A DNA stretch of 64,000 bases from Halarcobacter sp. (GTDB taxonomy: Bacteria > Campylobacterota > Campylobacteria > Campylobacterales > Arcobacteraceae): the NCBI GenBank assembly GCA_963676565.1, contig OY781089.1, forward strand, positions 1,120,001-1,184,000, given 5' to 3'. The position numbers and the translations under genes were made by a program. The notes beneath the pieces were generated by a model. That model was not told where the DNA came from. It worked only from the letters and a program-made list of their open reading frames with translations, and did no database searches. Of this stretch, positions 35,226 to 45,789 are shown in pieces (position 1 is the stretch's first letter; every line of letters starts with the position of its first letter).

Positions 35226-37301
35226 ATGCAAAAGTTTTTAATAAGTTCTATATCTTTATTAATTCTTATATTTTTATCTTATAAATTTTATTATTTAGAT
35301 AAAAAAAATGAATATGAAAAAGATATTTATAATAAAAAAAGTGAAGAGATTATAGCTTTTTTTAGGGATGAAGTTGAAAAGAAATTTGGGAAAACTTTTG
35401 CATTAACAAATCTTTTAAGTAAAGATAAAAATCTAATTGAAGCATTAGTCAAAAAAGACAACTCTTTATTAGATTATTCAAAAATTATTGAAGAGACTCA
35501 AAGATTTGGGGAATATAGAAATTTATGGATTCAAATTATTGATAAAGATGGCTATAGCTTTTATAGAAGTTGGACAAATAGAATTGGAGACCATGCCGCA
35601 AGTGCTAGAATAGATATTGTTGATATGATAAAAAATCCCAGACCTATGAGAGGTATTAGTACGGGACGATTTGATATGACATTTAAAACAATGATTCCTT
35701 TATATGATAATGGTAAATTTATAGGGATTATTGAGATGATTTCTAAATTTAACTCAATAGCAAGAGTTCTTAAAAAATATGATATTGAACCATTAATGGT
35801 TCTTCATGAAGATTATACAACTAGATTTATAAAACCTTTTACTTCTTTGTTTATTGGTAATAATTATGTTGCAAATCTAAATGCATCTAAAAGTTTAATG
35901 AAGAAAGTTAAAATCTATGGTTTGAAAAAATTGATGTATTTAGAAAAACCTATACTTTTTGATAAATATTTAGTAACTACTACTCAAATTAAAGATATTC
36001 ATGGTGGTGAAATGGGCTTTTTTATCTTCTTTTTTGAGGAAAAAAAACTTGATAAATCAAAAATTTATAACTTTAGATTTGAATATTCATCACAAGTTAT
36101 TGTAGCTGTAGTAATCTATGTTCTTTTTATATTGTTTTTACTTAATAAAAATTATGTTGGAAGATTAAATAAAGAGGTTGAAAAAAAGACTCTTAAAATT
36201 GGTAGACAAAAGAAAAAGTTAAAAGAGTTATTAAATGTTTATGACAATAATGTAATTTTTTCAAAAACAGATTTAAAAGGTTACATAACTTATGTTAGTA
36301 AGGCTTTTTGTGAGATATCAGGTTATACAAAAGAGGAACTAATTGGTAAACCTCATAATATAATCAGACATCCTGATATGAAAAAAACTGTTTTTAAAGA
36401 ACTATGGACAACAATTCAAAGTGGGAAAGTTTGGGAAAATGAGGTTAAAAACCTTAAAAAAGATGGGGGATATTACTGGGTTTATTCAAGGGTAGAGCCT
36501 GTTTATAGCCAAGAAAATCAAATTATAGAGTATATTTCAACTAGAACTGATATAACTGCTAAAAAAAAGTATGAAGAACATCAATTAAAAATGTTAAATC
36601 AAACTAGAATGACTGCACTTGGTGAAATGTTAAGTAATATTGCTCACCAATGGAGACAACCTTTATCAATTATAACTTCTGTAGCTTCATCTGTTTCATT
36701 AAAACAAGAACTAAAAATGTTAAAAGAAGTTGATTTAGAAAAAGAGATGAGTAGCATTATGGATAGTGCAAATTATCTTTCTAATATAATAGAGTCTTTT
36801 AGAAATTTTATAAGAAATGATAAGGAGTTTAAAGCAGTTAGTATTAAAAAAAGCGTAGATGATGTACTTCAAATCCTAGATACAACAATAAAAAGTAATC
36901 ATATAAACATAATAAATAATATAGAAAAAAACGACATTGTTATTGGGATGATTTCAGGTGAATTAGAGCAAGTATTAATAAATATAATCAATAATGCTAA
37001 TGAAATCTTTATTGAAAGAAATATTCAAGATAAAAATATAATATTAGATTTAAAAGTTGAAAAAGAGACTATTACTATAACTTTAGAAGATAATGCAGGG
37101 GGAATTCCCGATGATGTTATCAATAAAATTTTTGATGCTTACTTTACAACAAAACATAAGTCTCAAGGTACTGGCTTAGGACTTTATATGAGTTATAGAA
37201 TTGTAACAGAAAGTCTAAAAGGTAATCTTTTTGTAAAAAATACTGATAAAGGTGCTAAGTTTTTTATAGAGATTCCAATAAAATATGATAGTTTAAAATA
37301 G
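35226..37301 (+). CDS. PAS-domain sensor histidine kinase with periplasmic Cache-like domain
   Basis: TM-periplasm-TM; PAS (SKTDLKG, HNIIRHPDM); NIAHQWRQPL; GTGLGLY. Confidence 0.92.
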   Translation: MQKFLISSISLLILIFLSYKFYYLDKKNEYEKDIYNKKSEEIIAFFRDEVEKKFGKTFALTNLLSKDKNLIEALVKKDNSLLDYSKIIEETQRFGEYRNLWIQIIDKDGYSFYRSWTNRIGDHAASARIDIVDMIKNPRPMRGISTGRFDMTFKTMIPLYDNGKFIGIIEMISKFNSIARVLKKYDIEPLMVLHEDYTTRFIKPFTSLFIGNNYVANLNASKSLMKKVKIYGLKKLMYLEKPILFDKYLVTTTQIKDIHGGEMGFFIFFFEEKKLDKSKIYNFRFEYSSQVIVAVVIYVLFILFLLNKNYVGRLNKEVEKKTLKIGRQKKKLKELLNVYDNNVIFSKTDLKGYITYVSKAFCEISGYTKEELIGKPHNIIRHPDMKKTVFKELWTTIQSGKVWENEVKNLKKDGGYYWVYSRVEPVYSQENQIIEYISTRTDITAKKKYEEHQLKMLNQTRMTALGEMLSNIAHQWRQPLSIITSVASSVSLKQELKMLKEVDLEKEMSSIMDSANYLSNIIESFRNFIRNDKEFKAVSIKKSVDDVLQILDTTIKSNHINIINNIEKNDIVIGMISGELEQVLINIINNANEIFIERNIQDKNIILDLKVEKETITITLEDNAGGIPDDVINKIFDAYFTTKHKSQGTGLGLYMSYRIVTESLKGNLFVKNTDKGAKFFIEIPIKYDSLK

Positions 37302-37407
37302 ACTATTTTTGATAACTTACCTTAAAAAAAAATATATAAAAAAAATTTACTTTTTGATTAAATTTAAAAAATTAAAATATACTTAATAAAAACTCAAGGA
37401 GGCTATT

Positions 37408-37578
37408 ATGATTATCAAGATTATTGGTGCCTTAGTGTTAATAGGTTTTTTCTTTGTATTAAGTAAAGTTGGCATGGCAATGGTTGGAAAAGAGAATCCA
37501 TTATCAAAAGCTTTTCCTATTGGTTCAACTGTAATTGTATCATTTATAATAGGACTTATGTTTTTAGGTGAGCCTTAA
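37408..37578 (+). CDS. Small two-TM membrane protein (56 aa)
   Basis: AAGGAGG RBS; MIIKIIGALVLIGFFFVLSKVGMAMVGKENPLSKAFPIGSTVIVSFIIGLMFLGEP; not in the ORF track. Confidence 0.75.
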   Translation: MIIKIIGALVLIGFFFVLSKVGMAMVGKENPLSKAFPIGSTVIVSFIIGLMFLGEP

Positions 37579-37580
37579 AT

Positions 37581-37961
37581 TTATTTGACATAAACCTTAG
37601 AATCAAATATTCTATTTCTTAGGCTTACTTTAAGAAGTCCATTTTGGACATTTAAATGTTTATATGTTAACTCCTCACCGATTTTTATATTTCTTTTGTC
37701 ATAAATAGGTTTGGAGTTAACATAATGTCCAATTGAATTACCAATTGAAACATCTGGTTTTACATTAAATGCGTTTCCATATAAAAATATTTTTGTGTAA
37801 CATACTCCATTGTAATTATTTTTTGTTTTTCTTACATGTTGGATATTCTCTCCTCTACCTTGAGCATCAAAAATCCCAACTGCATAAATCCCTTTGATAT
37901 TTGATTTATAGGCATAAACACTTGTAAAAGCAATGATAAATAATATAAATATTTTTTTCAT
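37581..37961 (-). CDS. Secreted hypothetical protein
   Basis: Signal peptide MKKIFILFIIAFTSVYA. Confidence 0.7.
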   Translation of the reverse strand: MKKIFILFIIAFTSVYAYKSNIKGIYAVGIFDAQGRGENIQHVRKTKNNYNGVCYTKIFLYGNAFNVKPDVSIGNSIGHYVNSKPIYDKRNIKIGEELTYKHLNVQNGLLKVSLRNRIFDSKVYVK

Positions 37962-38108
37962 ACTAAAATAGTAACATTTTTTTGTGTAGAAATTGCAAAT
38001 AAAAAACATTCAAATTTTTTTGATGATTTTTTAACAAATATTTCTAAGCACAGAAAGTGAAATTATGTTAATATAAATATAATTAATCAAAAACTTAGGA
38101 ATTAACCC

Positions 38109-39074
38109 ATGAATTTTTTTAAATATATTAAAGCAGTTGGAACTGGTCCAAAATCTAATCGTGATCTTACAAAAGAAGAGATTATTGAAGCTATCGATGG
38201 AATCTTACAAAATAAATGTGAGAGTGAACAAGCTGCAGCTTTTTTAATGCTTTTAAGAGTTAAATTAGAAAGTGATGAGGAGTTAGCTGGTTGTTTAGAA
38301 GCTTGTGAAAAATATATTAAAAAAGATGATATCCCTCAATCAGTTGAGCTTGGTTACTCTTTTGATGGTAAAACAGACCAACCTTATCTATTCCCTCTAT
38401 TTAGTTCAGTTTTAAATGATTTTTTCAAAGAACACAAAGAGATAGAACCTTTTAAACTTGTGATTAGTGGAGATAAATTACAACCTGCAAAAAGTGGGCT
38501 TTTTGTAAAGGAGTTAGCTCAAGCAATTGAACTTGATGATAATATCATAGCTTTTTATGATAGAAAAGATTATTTTGAGGAGTTATCTAATTTAACACAA
38601 TTAAGAAAAAAACTTTATATGAGAACTATTTTTAATACTGTTGAAAAACTTTTAAATCCTGCAAACTCTAAATATGCTATTACTTCAGCTTTCCATAGAC
38701 CTTATGTGGAAAAGTATACAAAACTATTTGGACATAATTATGAAAATCTTCTTATTTTAAAAGGTAGTGAAGGTTCAACTGAAGTTTTCTCAAACTCAAA
38801 ATATTGGATTAAAGAGGGTGAAGAGATTGTTGAAAAGCCAATTAAATTAGCTGACTTTGATATTAATTACACTGAAAAATATGAGAATATCACTTTAGAA
38901 GAGAATCTAAAAATATTAGAAAATCCAAGTGCAGAGCTTATGAAACTAGTTAAATTAAATGTAGCAATTATTCTTTTTACGGCAAAAAGAGTTGAATCTA
39001 TTGAAAAAGCATATGAGATGCTTAATAAAAAAGATTGTTGTATCGTTAGATTTTGGAAGTGGCTATTAAAATAG
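38109..39074 (+). CDS. YbiB-like / anthranilate phosphoribosyltransferase-fold (glycosyltransferase family 3) protein
   Basis: YIKAVGTGPK..RDL, AFLMLLRVK.E, RTIFNTVEKLLNP and KGSEG motifs. Confidence 0.82.
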   Translation: MNFFKYIKAVGTGPKSNRDLTKEEIIEAIDGILQNKCESEQAAAFLMLLRVKLESDEELAGCLEACEKYIKKDDIPQSVELGYSFDGKTDQPYLFPLFSSVLNDFFKEHKEIEPFKLVISGDKLQPAKSGLFVKELAQAIELDDNIIAFYDRKDYFEELSNLTQLRKKLYMRTIFNTVEKLLNPANSKYAITSAFHRPYVEKYTKLFGHNYENLLILKGSEGSTEVFSNSKYWIKEGEEIVEKPIKLADFDINYTEKYENITLEENLKILENPSAELMKLVKLNVAIILFTAKRVESIEKAYEMLNKKDCCIVRFWKWLLK

Positions 39075-39075
39075 T

Positions 39076-39657
39076 TTAGAAAGAAACAGGAGTAATAGCC
39101 GAAATATAAGAAGCTTTTTCATTACTTCTGTTTTCAATTTTATGTGGTATTTCAGGATTAAACCTAATGCAATCCCCTTGAGATAAAACAAACTCTTTAT
39201 CATTTAATGTTACTACAATTTCACCGTTTAAAACATAATTACACTCTTCTCCACCCTTTGTATGAGGAATAATATCCTCTGTAACTCTTTGTGGTTCAAG
39301 ATTAACTAATACAAACTCAATATCACCTTGTAAATCTGGCACTAGTAGTTCACAGTTGTAAAGTGGATCAGGAAAAGATATTTTTTTTCTATTTTTACTT
39401 CTTACCACATAAAAAGATTCATCATTTATAGCTTTGTTTGTAATCTCTTCTTCATTTGTAAATAGTTGTGCTAATGTGGTATTTAAAACCTTTGCAATTT
39501 TTCTGAGCGTTTCAACTGAACCTTGTGTAGAGCCATTTTCTAATTGTGATAACATACCAACAGAAATTTGTGCATTATTTGCTAAATCTTTTGCACTCAT
39601 ATTAAGACTTGTTCTAAGCTCTTTTATCTTTGTTCCTACGAAAAATTCATTTTCCAT
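39076..39657 (-). CDS. XRE-family HTH regulator with C-terminal cupin (PuuR-like)
   Basis: HTH (LSQLENG...SVETLRKIA) plus cupin (H..GEE...L.G...GD..F....H); start taken at MENEF. Confidence 0.9.
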   Translation of the reverse strand: MENEFFVGTKIKELRTSLNMSAKDLANNAQISVGMLSQLENGSTQGSVETLRKIAKVLNTTLAQLFTNEEEITNKAINDESFYVVRSKNRKKISFPDPLYNCELLVPDLQGDIEFVLVNLEPQRVTEDIIPHTKGGEECNYVLNGEIVVTLNDKEFVLSQGDCIRFNPEIPHKIENRSNEKASYISAITPVSF

Positions 39658-39802
39658 TATTTGCCTTTTTATAAATAAACACTGACATTTTAACAAAACT
39701 AATATTAAGTTTAATAAAACTAAATTATTTAATATAATTAAACTTTATTTCAATAAAAAAGGGGTAAAATTTAATTTAATTAAAATATCTAAAGGAAATT
39801 AA

Positions 39803-40909
39803 ATGAAAATTGGTTTAATCAAGGAAATTAAAGTACATGAATATAGAGTTGGTTTAACACCAGATTGTGTAAGTGCATATGTAAACGCAGGACATACAGT
39901 ATTTGTTGAAAAAGATGCGGGTATTGGTGCGGGTTTTGAAAATAGTGATTATGAAAAAGTTGGAGCTATTATAGAAGAGAATAAACAAAAAATCTTTGAT
40001 GATAGTGAAATGATTGTAAAAGTAAAAGAACCATTACCTGAAGAGTATGATTTTTTCCATGAGGGACAAATTTTATATACTTATTTACATATAGCTGCTG
40101 ATAAACCACAAGCACAAATGCTTTTAGACAAAAAAGTTAAAGCAGTTGCCTATGAAACTATTACTTCACCTGAGGGTGGACTTCCTTGTTTAACACCAAT
40201 GAGTGAAATTGCAGGTAGACTTGCTGCCCAAGAAGGTGCAAAATATCTAGAAAAACCTTTTGGTGGAAGAGGGGTATTACTTGGTGGTGTACCTGGAGTA
40301 CAAAGAGGAAATGTAGTAATTATTGGTGGAGGAATTGTTGGACTAAATGCTTGTAAAATGGCAGTAGGTCTTGGTGCAAATGTAACTGTTATGGATATTA
40401 GTGCTTCAAGACTTGCTTTTTACGATGATATTTTTGGTTCAAAGGTAACTACACTATTTTCAAATAGAACAAATATTATTAAAGCAATTAGTGAAGCTGA
40501 TTTAGTTATTGGTGCAGTTTTAATTCCAGGTGCAGCAGCTCCAAAACTAATCTCTAAAGATGATTTAAAACTTATGAAGAAAAACTCAGTTATTGTTGAT
40601 GTTGCTATTGATCAAGGTGGATGTTTTGAAACAAGTAAAGCTACATATCATAATAATCCAACATATGTTGTAAATGACGTAGTTCATTATTGTGTTGCAA
40701 ATATGCCTGGAGCAGTTTCTTTAACTTCAACTTTAGCTTTAACTGCAACAACATTAAGACATGGATTGGCAATTGCAAATAAAGGTTTAGAAAAAGCTTT
40801 AGCTGATGATAAGCACTTATTAAATGGTCTAAATACTTATGATGGAAAACTAACAAATGAAGCAGTGGCAAAAAGTTTAGATATTCCATTTGAAAAAATT
40901 ACATTTTAA
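39803..40909 (+). CDS. ald: Alanine dehydrogenase
   Basis: KEIKVHEYRV, VKVKEP, PMSEIAGR, DVAIDQGG and HYCVANMPGAV motifs. Confidence 0.97.
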   Translation: MKIGLIKEIKVHEYRVGLTPDCVSAYVNAGHTVFVEKDAGIGAGFENSDYEKVGAIIEENKQKIFDDSEMIVKVKEPLPEEYDFFHEGQILYTYLHIAADKPQAQMLLDKKVKAVAYETITSPEGGLPCLTPMSEIAGRLAAQEGAKYLEKPFGGRGVLLGGVPGVQRGNVVIIGGGIVGLNACKMAVGLGANVTVMDISASRLAFYDDIFGSKVTTLFSNRTNIIKAISEADLVIGAVLIPGAAAPKLISKDDLKLMKKNSVIVDVAIDQGGCFETSKATYHNNPTYVVNDVVHYCVANMPGAVSLTSTLALTATTLRHGLAIANKGLEKALADDKHLLNGLNTYDGKLTNEAVAKSLDIPFEKITF

Positions 40910-40924
40910 TTTGATTAAAATTAT

Positions 40925-40953
40925 AAAGAAGGAAGAACTTTTCTCCTTCTTTT
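40925..40953 (+). terminator. Probable intrinsic terminator after ald
   Basis: Imperfect hairpin AAAGAAGGAAGAA...TTCTCCTTCTTTT. Confidence 0.6.
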
Positions 40954-40992
40954 AAATATATTTAAATATAATCCAATTTTAAAGGATTATTC

Positions 40993-41622
40993 TTGGACTT
41001 AATAAACATAACTTTACTTTTAGTTTTTATTCCTACTTTCTTTTTTGTATCAATTACCCCTGGAATGTGTATGACACTTGCCCTTAGTATGGGGATGAGT
41101 ATAGGATTAAAAAAAACTTTTTATATGATGTATGGAGAACTATTAGGGGTAGGCTTAGTAGCTACTTCTTCTGTTATTGGTGTTGCAACTATAATGTTAA
41201 AATATCCTACTATATTTCTTTTTTTGAAATATGGTGGAGGGGCTTATTTAGCCTATCTTGGTATTCAAATGTGGATGTCAAAGGGAAAAATGGCTTTAAA
41301 ACTTGATAATAGTTGTAGTTTTGAAATCTCAAAAAAATCTCTTGCAATGCAAGGGTTTGTTACAGCTATTGCAAATCCAAAGGGTTGGGCATTTTTCATA
41401 GCATTGTTACCACCTTTTATAGATGATTCTTTACCTATGATATCCCAATTACCAATATTGATTTTTATGATTTTATCTTTAGAGTTTTTGTGTTTGATAA
41501 TCTATGCATCAGGTGGAAGTACCCTTAGAAAGATTTTACAAGATAGTTCAAATGTAAGATTAATAAATAAAATTGCTGGAACTCTAATGATGGGAATTGG
41601 AGTTTGGTTGGCAAGTAGTTAA
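40993..41622 (+). CDS. LysE/RhtB family amino-acid exporter
   Basis: SITPG, LKYGGGAYL.YLG and ANPKG motifs. Confidence 0.92.
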   Translation: MDLINITLLLVFIPTFFFVSITPGMCMTLALSMGMSIGLKKTFYMMYGELLGVGLVATSSVIGVATIMLKYPTIFLFLKYGGGAYLAYLGIQMWMSKGKMALKLDNSCSFEISKKSLAMQGFVTAIANPKGWAFFIALLPPFIDDSLPMISQLPILIFMILSLEFLCLIIYASGGSTLRKILQDSSNVRLINKIAGTLMMGIGVWLASS

Positions 41623-41643
41623 AAGCAAATAAGTAGCTTTTAA

Positions 41644-43881
41644 CTATTTTTTACCTATAAAATCACTTTCATTTGCATTTTGAACAACTTTTGATGCAAT
41701 AGAATTTGTATTTCTTGCTATCTCATTTGTTTTTTCCGCAACTAGCGCATTTTCTTGTGTAAATTTATCCAAGTTATTAATTGTATCACTAATATGTAAC
41801 ATAACTTCTGTTTGCTCTTTTGCTGCATAAGCTACATCATTTATCATTTGATTTGTTTCATTTATCTTCTCTTCTAACTCTTCAAAACCATTAATCATAT
41901 TAGAACTAATTGTTTTCCCTTCTTGGGTTTGAATTGTTGCAGATTCTACTAATTGTTTAATCTCACTTGCTGCTTCGGCTGATCTTGCTGCAAGATTTCT
42001 AACCTCTTGGGCAACAACTGCAAAACCTTTACCTGCTTCTCCTGCTGTTGCTGCTTCAACTGCTGCATTTAAAGATAAGATATTTGTTTGAAATGCAATT
42101 TGGTCAATAACATTAATAGATTCATTTATGGTTTGTACTTTTTCATTTATCTCATCCATAGAACTAACTGTTTTGGATGCTAGCTCTTTACCTTTTGATG
42201 AAGATTCTTTTGTCGTTGAAGAAAGGTTAAACATATTTTGTGCTTTTTGACTTGTATTATTAATATTTTCAGTAACTTCTGTAATAGATGCAGCCACTTC
42301 CTCTAATGATGCAGCTTGGTTTGTTGCATTTGCTGATAGGGTACTAACATTAGTTGAAAGTTCTTTTGAAGTTTTTTCTAAAGTTATACCATCATTTTGG
42401 CTTGATATTAACATTTGAGTTATAATATTATTCATATTACTTATCTCTTTACCAATAATTCCAGCTTTATCTTTATCAAGTTGTTTTGTAAAGTCTCTTT
42501 TTCCATATGAATCTAAAACTGCAACCAAAGTATTTAAGTCATTACCAACAAATCTTTTAAGATTTGATAACATCTCATTGATTAAATCTTTAAGTTCATT
42601 TAACATCTCTGTAGAGGTTGTAGAGTTTATTCTTTTATCTAAATAACCTTTGTTTACCTCTTCAATAATAGTTTTAACTTCATTTATTAGAATGATATCT
42701 TCATTTATGGTTTTTTTGGTAAAGTTAATATTTTCATTAATAACTTTTGCCATTGTACCAATTTCATCATTTGAATTAATCTCTATTAGTTGAGCTTCCT
42801 TTGACTCTTTATTAACAAATTTAAAAAAGTTTAGAAGGCCATTTTCAAATTTTTCTAAAGGATTAGAAATAAGTTTGTTTACTAATACAAATATTATTGA
42901 TAAAAAGATTATTGTGAGAATTATTGAACCTATAATAAACAGGTTTCCAACTTTTTTTGATATATCTAAAAATTCATCTTCGTATGAGCTAAGAACAATT
43001 GTCCAACCCCATTTATCATATTTTTTAAAAGCTGCAATTTTTTCCCTTGATTTGTTGTTCTCAAGCATATCGTAGTGAATTACACCCTCTTTTTTTTCTA
43101 AAATCTCTTTTATATAATAGTTTCCATCTTTATCTTTGAAATTAGATACATTTTTCCCTTCCAATGTTTTGTGGACTATTAATTTACCTTTTTCATCTAA
43201 GATATAAATAAAACCAGTTTTCCCAATAACAACCTCTTTTAGTTTTTTCTCTACAGCTATTAATCCATCGGTAAATTTGTATCCAACAAATAATGCACCT
43301 ACAATCTCACCTTTTTGTTCAATAGGTTTATATGCTGAGATATAGCTCTCCCCTTCAAAATTCTCCAATGAGACATATTGTTCATTTTTTTCAAGGCTTT
43401 TATATATTTTACTATTAGGGGTAATTTTATGTAAAAGGTCTCTTTCTCCATTTTTTCTTATTAAAGATGAAGTAACACTTATAAATGCGTCATTTTCTTT
43501 TACATATACAGATGCCACAGCTTGAGTTTGTTCTGTAAATAAATCTACTGGATGAAAGTTGTTATTCAAACTAGCAAAACCATTATAGATATTTTTAACA
43601 GGCACACCATTAATCTTTGTAGTTAAATCACCTTTTATTTGTAGTTTTCTAAAGGATTTTTCAAAAATATTTATTAATGTAATTGAATTTTTTTCTAATG
43701 TATCATTATATAACTCTACTGTTTTATAATAACTTTGTGTCTGAGTTTGAAGATTTTTTTCAAGTTCTAATATAAGATTTTTATTTACTAGATTAATTAA
43801 AATAACTGCAAATATAGTGATTAATAAAAGTATAGTAACCCCAAATGCTAATAGAAATTTTTTATTAATTGTATTAAACAT
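41644..43881 (-). CDS. Methyl-accepting chemotaxis protein with Cache domains
   Basis: Cache_3/Cache_2-like periplasmic region ([15 protein letters not shown]), HAMP and MCP signalling domain. Confidence 0.95.
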   Translation of the reverse strand: MFNTINKKFLLAFGVTILLLITIFAVILINLVNKNLILELEKNLQTQTQSYYKTVELYNDTLEKNSITLINIFEKSFRKLQIKGDLTTKINGVPVKNIYNGFASLNNNFHPVDLFTEQTQAVASVYVKENDAFISVTSSLIRKNGERDLLHKITPNSKIYKSLEKNEQYVSLENFEGESYISAYKPIEQKGEIVGALFVGYKFTDGLIAVEKKLKEVVIGKTGFIYILDEKGKLIVHKTLEGKNVSNFKDKDGNYYIKEILEKKEGVIHYDMLENNKSREKIAAFKKYDKWGWTIVLSSYEDEFLDISKKVGNLFIIGSIILTIIFLSIIFVLVNKLISNPLEKFENGLLNFFKFVNKESKEAQLIEINSNDEIGTMAKVINENINFTKKTINEDIILINEVKTIIEEVNKGYLDKRINSTTSTEMLNELKDLINEMLSNLKRFVGNDLNTLVAVLDSYGKRDFTKQLDKDKAGIIGKEISNMNNIITQMLISSQNDGITLEKTSKELSTNVSTLSANATNQAASLEEVAASITEVTENINNTSQKAQNMFNLSSTTKESSSKGKELASKTVSSMDEINEKVQTINESINVIDQIAFQTNILSLNAAVEAATAGEAGKGFAVVAQEVRNLAARSAEAASEIKQLVESATIQTQEGKTISSNMINGFEELEEKINETNQMINDVAYAAKEQTEVMLHISDTINNLDKFTQENALVAEKTNEIARNTNSIASKVVQNANESDFIGKK

Positions 43882-43952
43882 TGTGTGCCTTTTTTATGGA
43901 AAGATTAAGTTCTAAATAATATTATACTTAAGAAGCTAAAGGCTTCTTAAGT

Positions 43953-44699
43953 TTAGTGATCTAATATTTGTTCTAAGAACATTTTTAATCTATCGGATTG
44001 TGGATTTTCAAAGAATTCGATTGGTTCATTCTCTTCAACAATTTGTCCCGCATCCATAAATATTACTCTGTCTGCAACTTTTTTAGCAAATCCCATTTCG
44101 TGAGTTACACAAACCATAGTAATACCATCATTTGCTAGTTCAACCATTACATCAAGAACTTCACCAATCATTTCTGGGTCTAGTGCTGCAGTTGGTTCAT
44201 CAAACAACATAATATCAGGATTTGAACAAAGACATCTAGCAATTGCCACCCTTTGTTGTTGACCACCTGATAATTGATTTGGATATTTATCTGCCTGGTC
44301 TGCAATTTTTACTCTTTCTAGATAATGCATTGCAGTTTCAACAGCTTGTTTTCTAGGAACCTTTGATACCCAAGTAGGAGCAAGTACAAGATTTTCTAAA
44401 ATAGAAAGATGGGGGAAAAGATTAAAGTGTTGGAAAACCATACCAACGTGAGTTCTAACCTCTCTAATCCTTTTTACATCTTCTGTTAATTGTAAACCTT
44501 TTACAAAAATCTCACCCTCTTGGAAAGGTTCAAGTCTATTTATACATCTAATAGTTGTAGATTTACCAGAACCTGAAGGTCCACAAATAACAACCCTTTC
44601 CCCTTTTTTAACTTTTAAGTTAACATCTTTTAGTACGTGAAAATCCCCATACCATTTGTTAACATCGTTCATTTCTATCATATATTCTAATTCACTCAT
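43953..44699 (-). CDS. aapP: Amino-acid ABC transporter ATP-binding subunit (AapP/BztD-like)
   Basis: [21 protein letters not shown] and FDEPT motifs; start taken at MSELEY. Confidence 0.88.
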   Translation of the reverse strand: MSELEYMIEMNDVNKWYGDFHVLKDVNLKVKKGERVVICGPSGSGKSTTIRCINRLEPFQEGEIFVKGLQLTEDVKRIREVRTHVGMVFQHFNLFPHLSILENLVLAPTWVSKVPRKQAVETAMHYLERVKIADQADKYPNQLSGGQQQRVAIARCLCSNPDIMLFDEPTAALDPEMIGEVLDVMVELANDGITMVCVTHEMGFAKKVADRVIFMDAGQIVEENEPIEFFENPQSDRLKMFLEQILDH

Positions 44700-44712
44700 T
44701 CTATTTCCTATT

Positions 44713-45789
44713 TTATCTATGGTTTGTATTAAATTTATCTTCAATCGATTTTGCATATTTTGACATGCTAAAACAAATTACCCAATATACAAAGGTTATA
44801 AATACATAACCCTCTGTTTCAAATCCTAACCAATTTGCATCTGTTGTGGTTAACGTAACCATTGCAAGAAGGTCAAATAATCCAATAATCAATACTAGTG
44901 TTGTATCTTTAAATAATGAGATAAAAGCACCAACTATATTTGGAATTGAAATTTTAAGTGCTTGTGGTAAAATAATTAATCCCATTGATTGCCAATATGA
45001 TAATGCCATTGAATCGGCTGCTTCATATTGTCCTTTTGGAATTGCTTGTAAACCACCCCTTACAACTTCAGCAATATATGCTGCTTGGAAAAGTGTAATA
45101 CCAATAAGTGCTCTAAGTAATTTATCAAAATCAACACCTTCTGGAAAAAATAGGGGTAAAATAACTGAAGACATAAATAATAGTGTAATTAAAGGTACAC
45201 CTCTAATAAACTCAATATACATAATAGATATTGTTCTAATAATTGGCATTTTAGATTGTCTACCAAGGGCAAACAAAATACCAATAGGGAAAGATGCAAC
45301 AATACCAACAGAAGCAACTACTATTGTAAGTAAAAGTCCACCCCATTTAGTTGTAGGGATTACTTCTAATCCTAATCCTCCATATATTAAGAAAAATGAA
45401 ACAATAGGGAAAAATGCAATAACTACAAATTTTAAAATTGTTGGCATTTTTCTAAATGTAAAAATAGATACAAAAAATAGTACTAAGATTAAATTTGGTC
45501 TCCAGTATTGATCTTCTGGATAAAAACCATAAATAAACTGATTGAATTTTTCATAAATGAAAATCCATCTAGCACCATTACCTGTAATCTCCTCTTTTGT
45601 TCCACTCCATGTGGCATCAAAAATCAACCAATTTAATAGTGGCGGTAAAACTATATAAAGAACATAAAGAGATATTATTGTTAAAATTGAACTTGTTACA
45701 TTTGAAAATAAGTTCTCTTTAAACCAATGGATTAGTCCTTTTGTTCCAGAAGGAGCAGGTCTAGCTTCTTTTTTTTCATAAATAGCCAT
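44713..45789 (-). CDS. aapM: Amino-acid ABC transporter permease (AapM/BztC-like)
   Basis: [16 protein letters not shown] and [19 protein letters not shown] motifs. Confidence 0.88.
   Translation of the reverse strand: MAIYEKKEARPAPSGTKGLIHWFKENLFSNVTSSILTIISLYVLYIVLPPLLNWLIFDATWSGTKEEITGNGARWIFIYEKFNQFIYGFYPEDQYWRPNLILVLFFVSIFTFRKMPTILKFVVIAFFPIVSFFLIYGGLGLEVIPTTKWGGLLLTIVVASVGIVASFPIGILFALGRQSKMPIIRTISIMYIEFIRGVPLITLLFMSSVILPLFFPEGVDFDKLLRALIGITLFQAAYIAEVVRGGLQAIPKGQYEAADSMALSYWQSMGLIILPQALKISIPNIVGAFISLFKDTTLVLIIGLFDLLAMVTLTTTDANWLGFETEGYVFITFVYWVICFSMSKYAKSIEDKFNTNHR

Noticed and set aside
44846..45511. 221-aa plus-strand ORF and other short antisense ORFs in the track
   Set aside because: They lie wholly opposite well-supported genes and have no RBS or family motifs.
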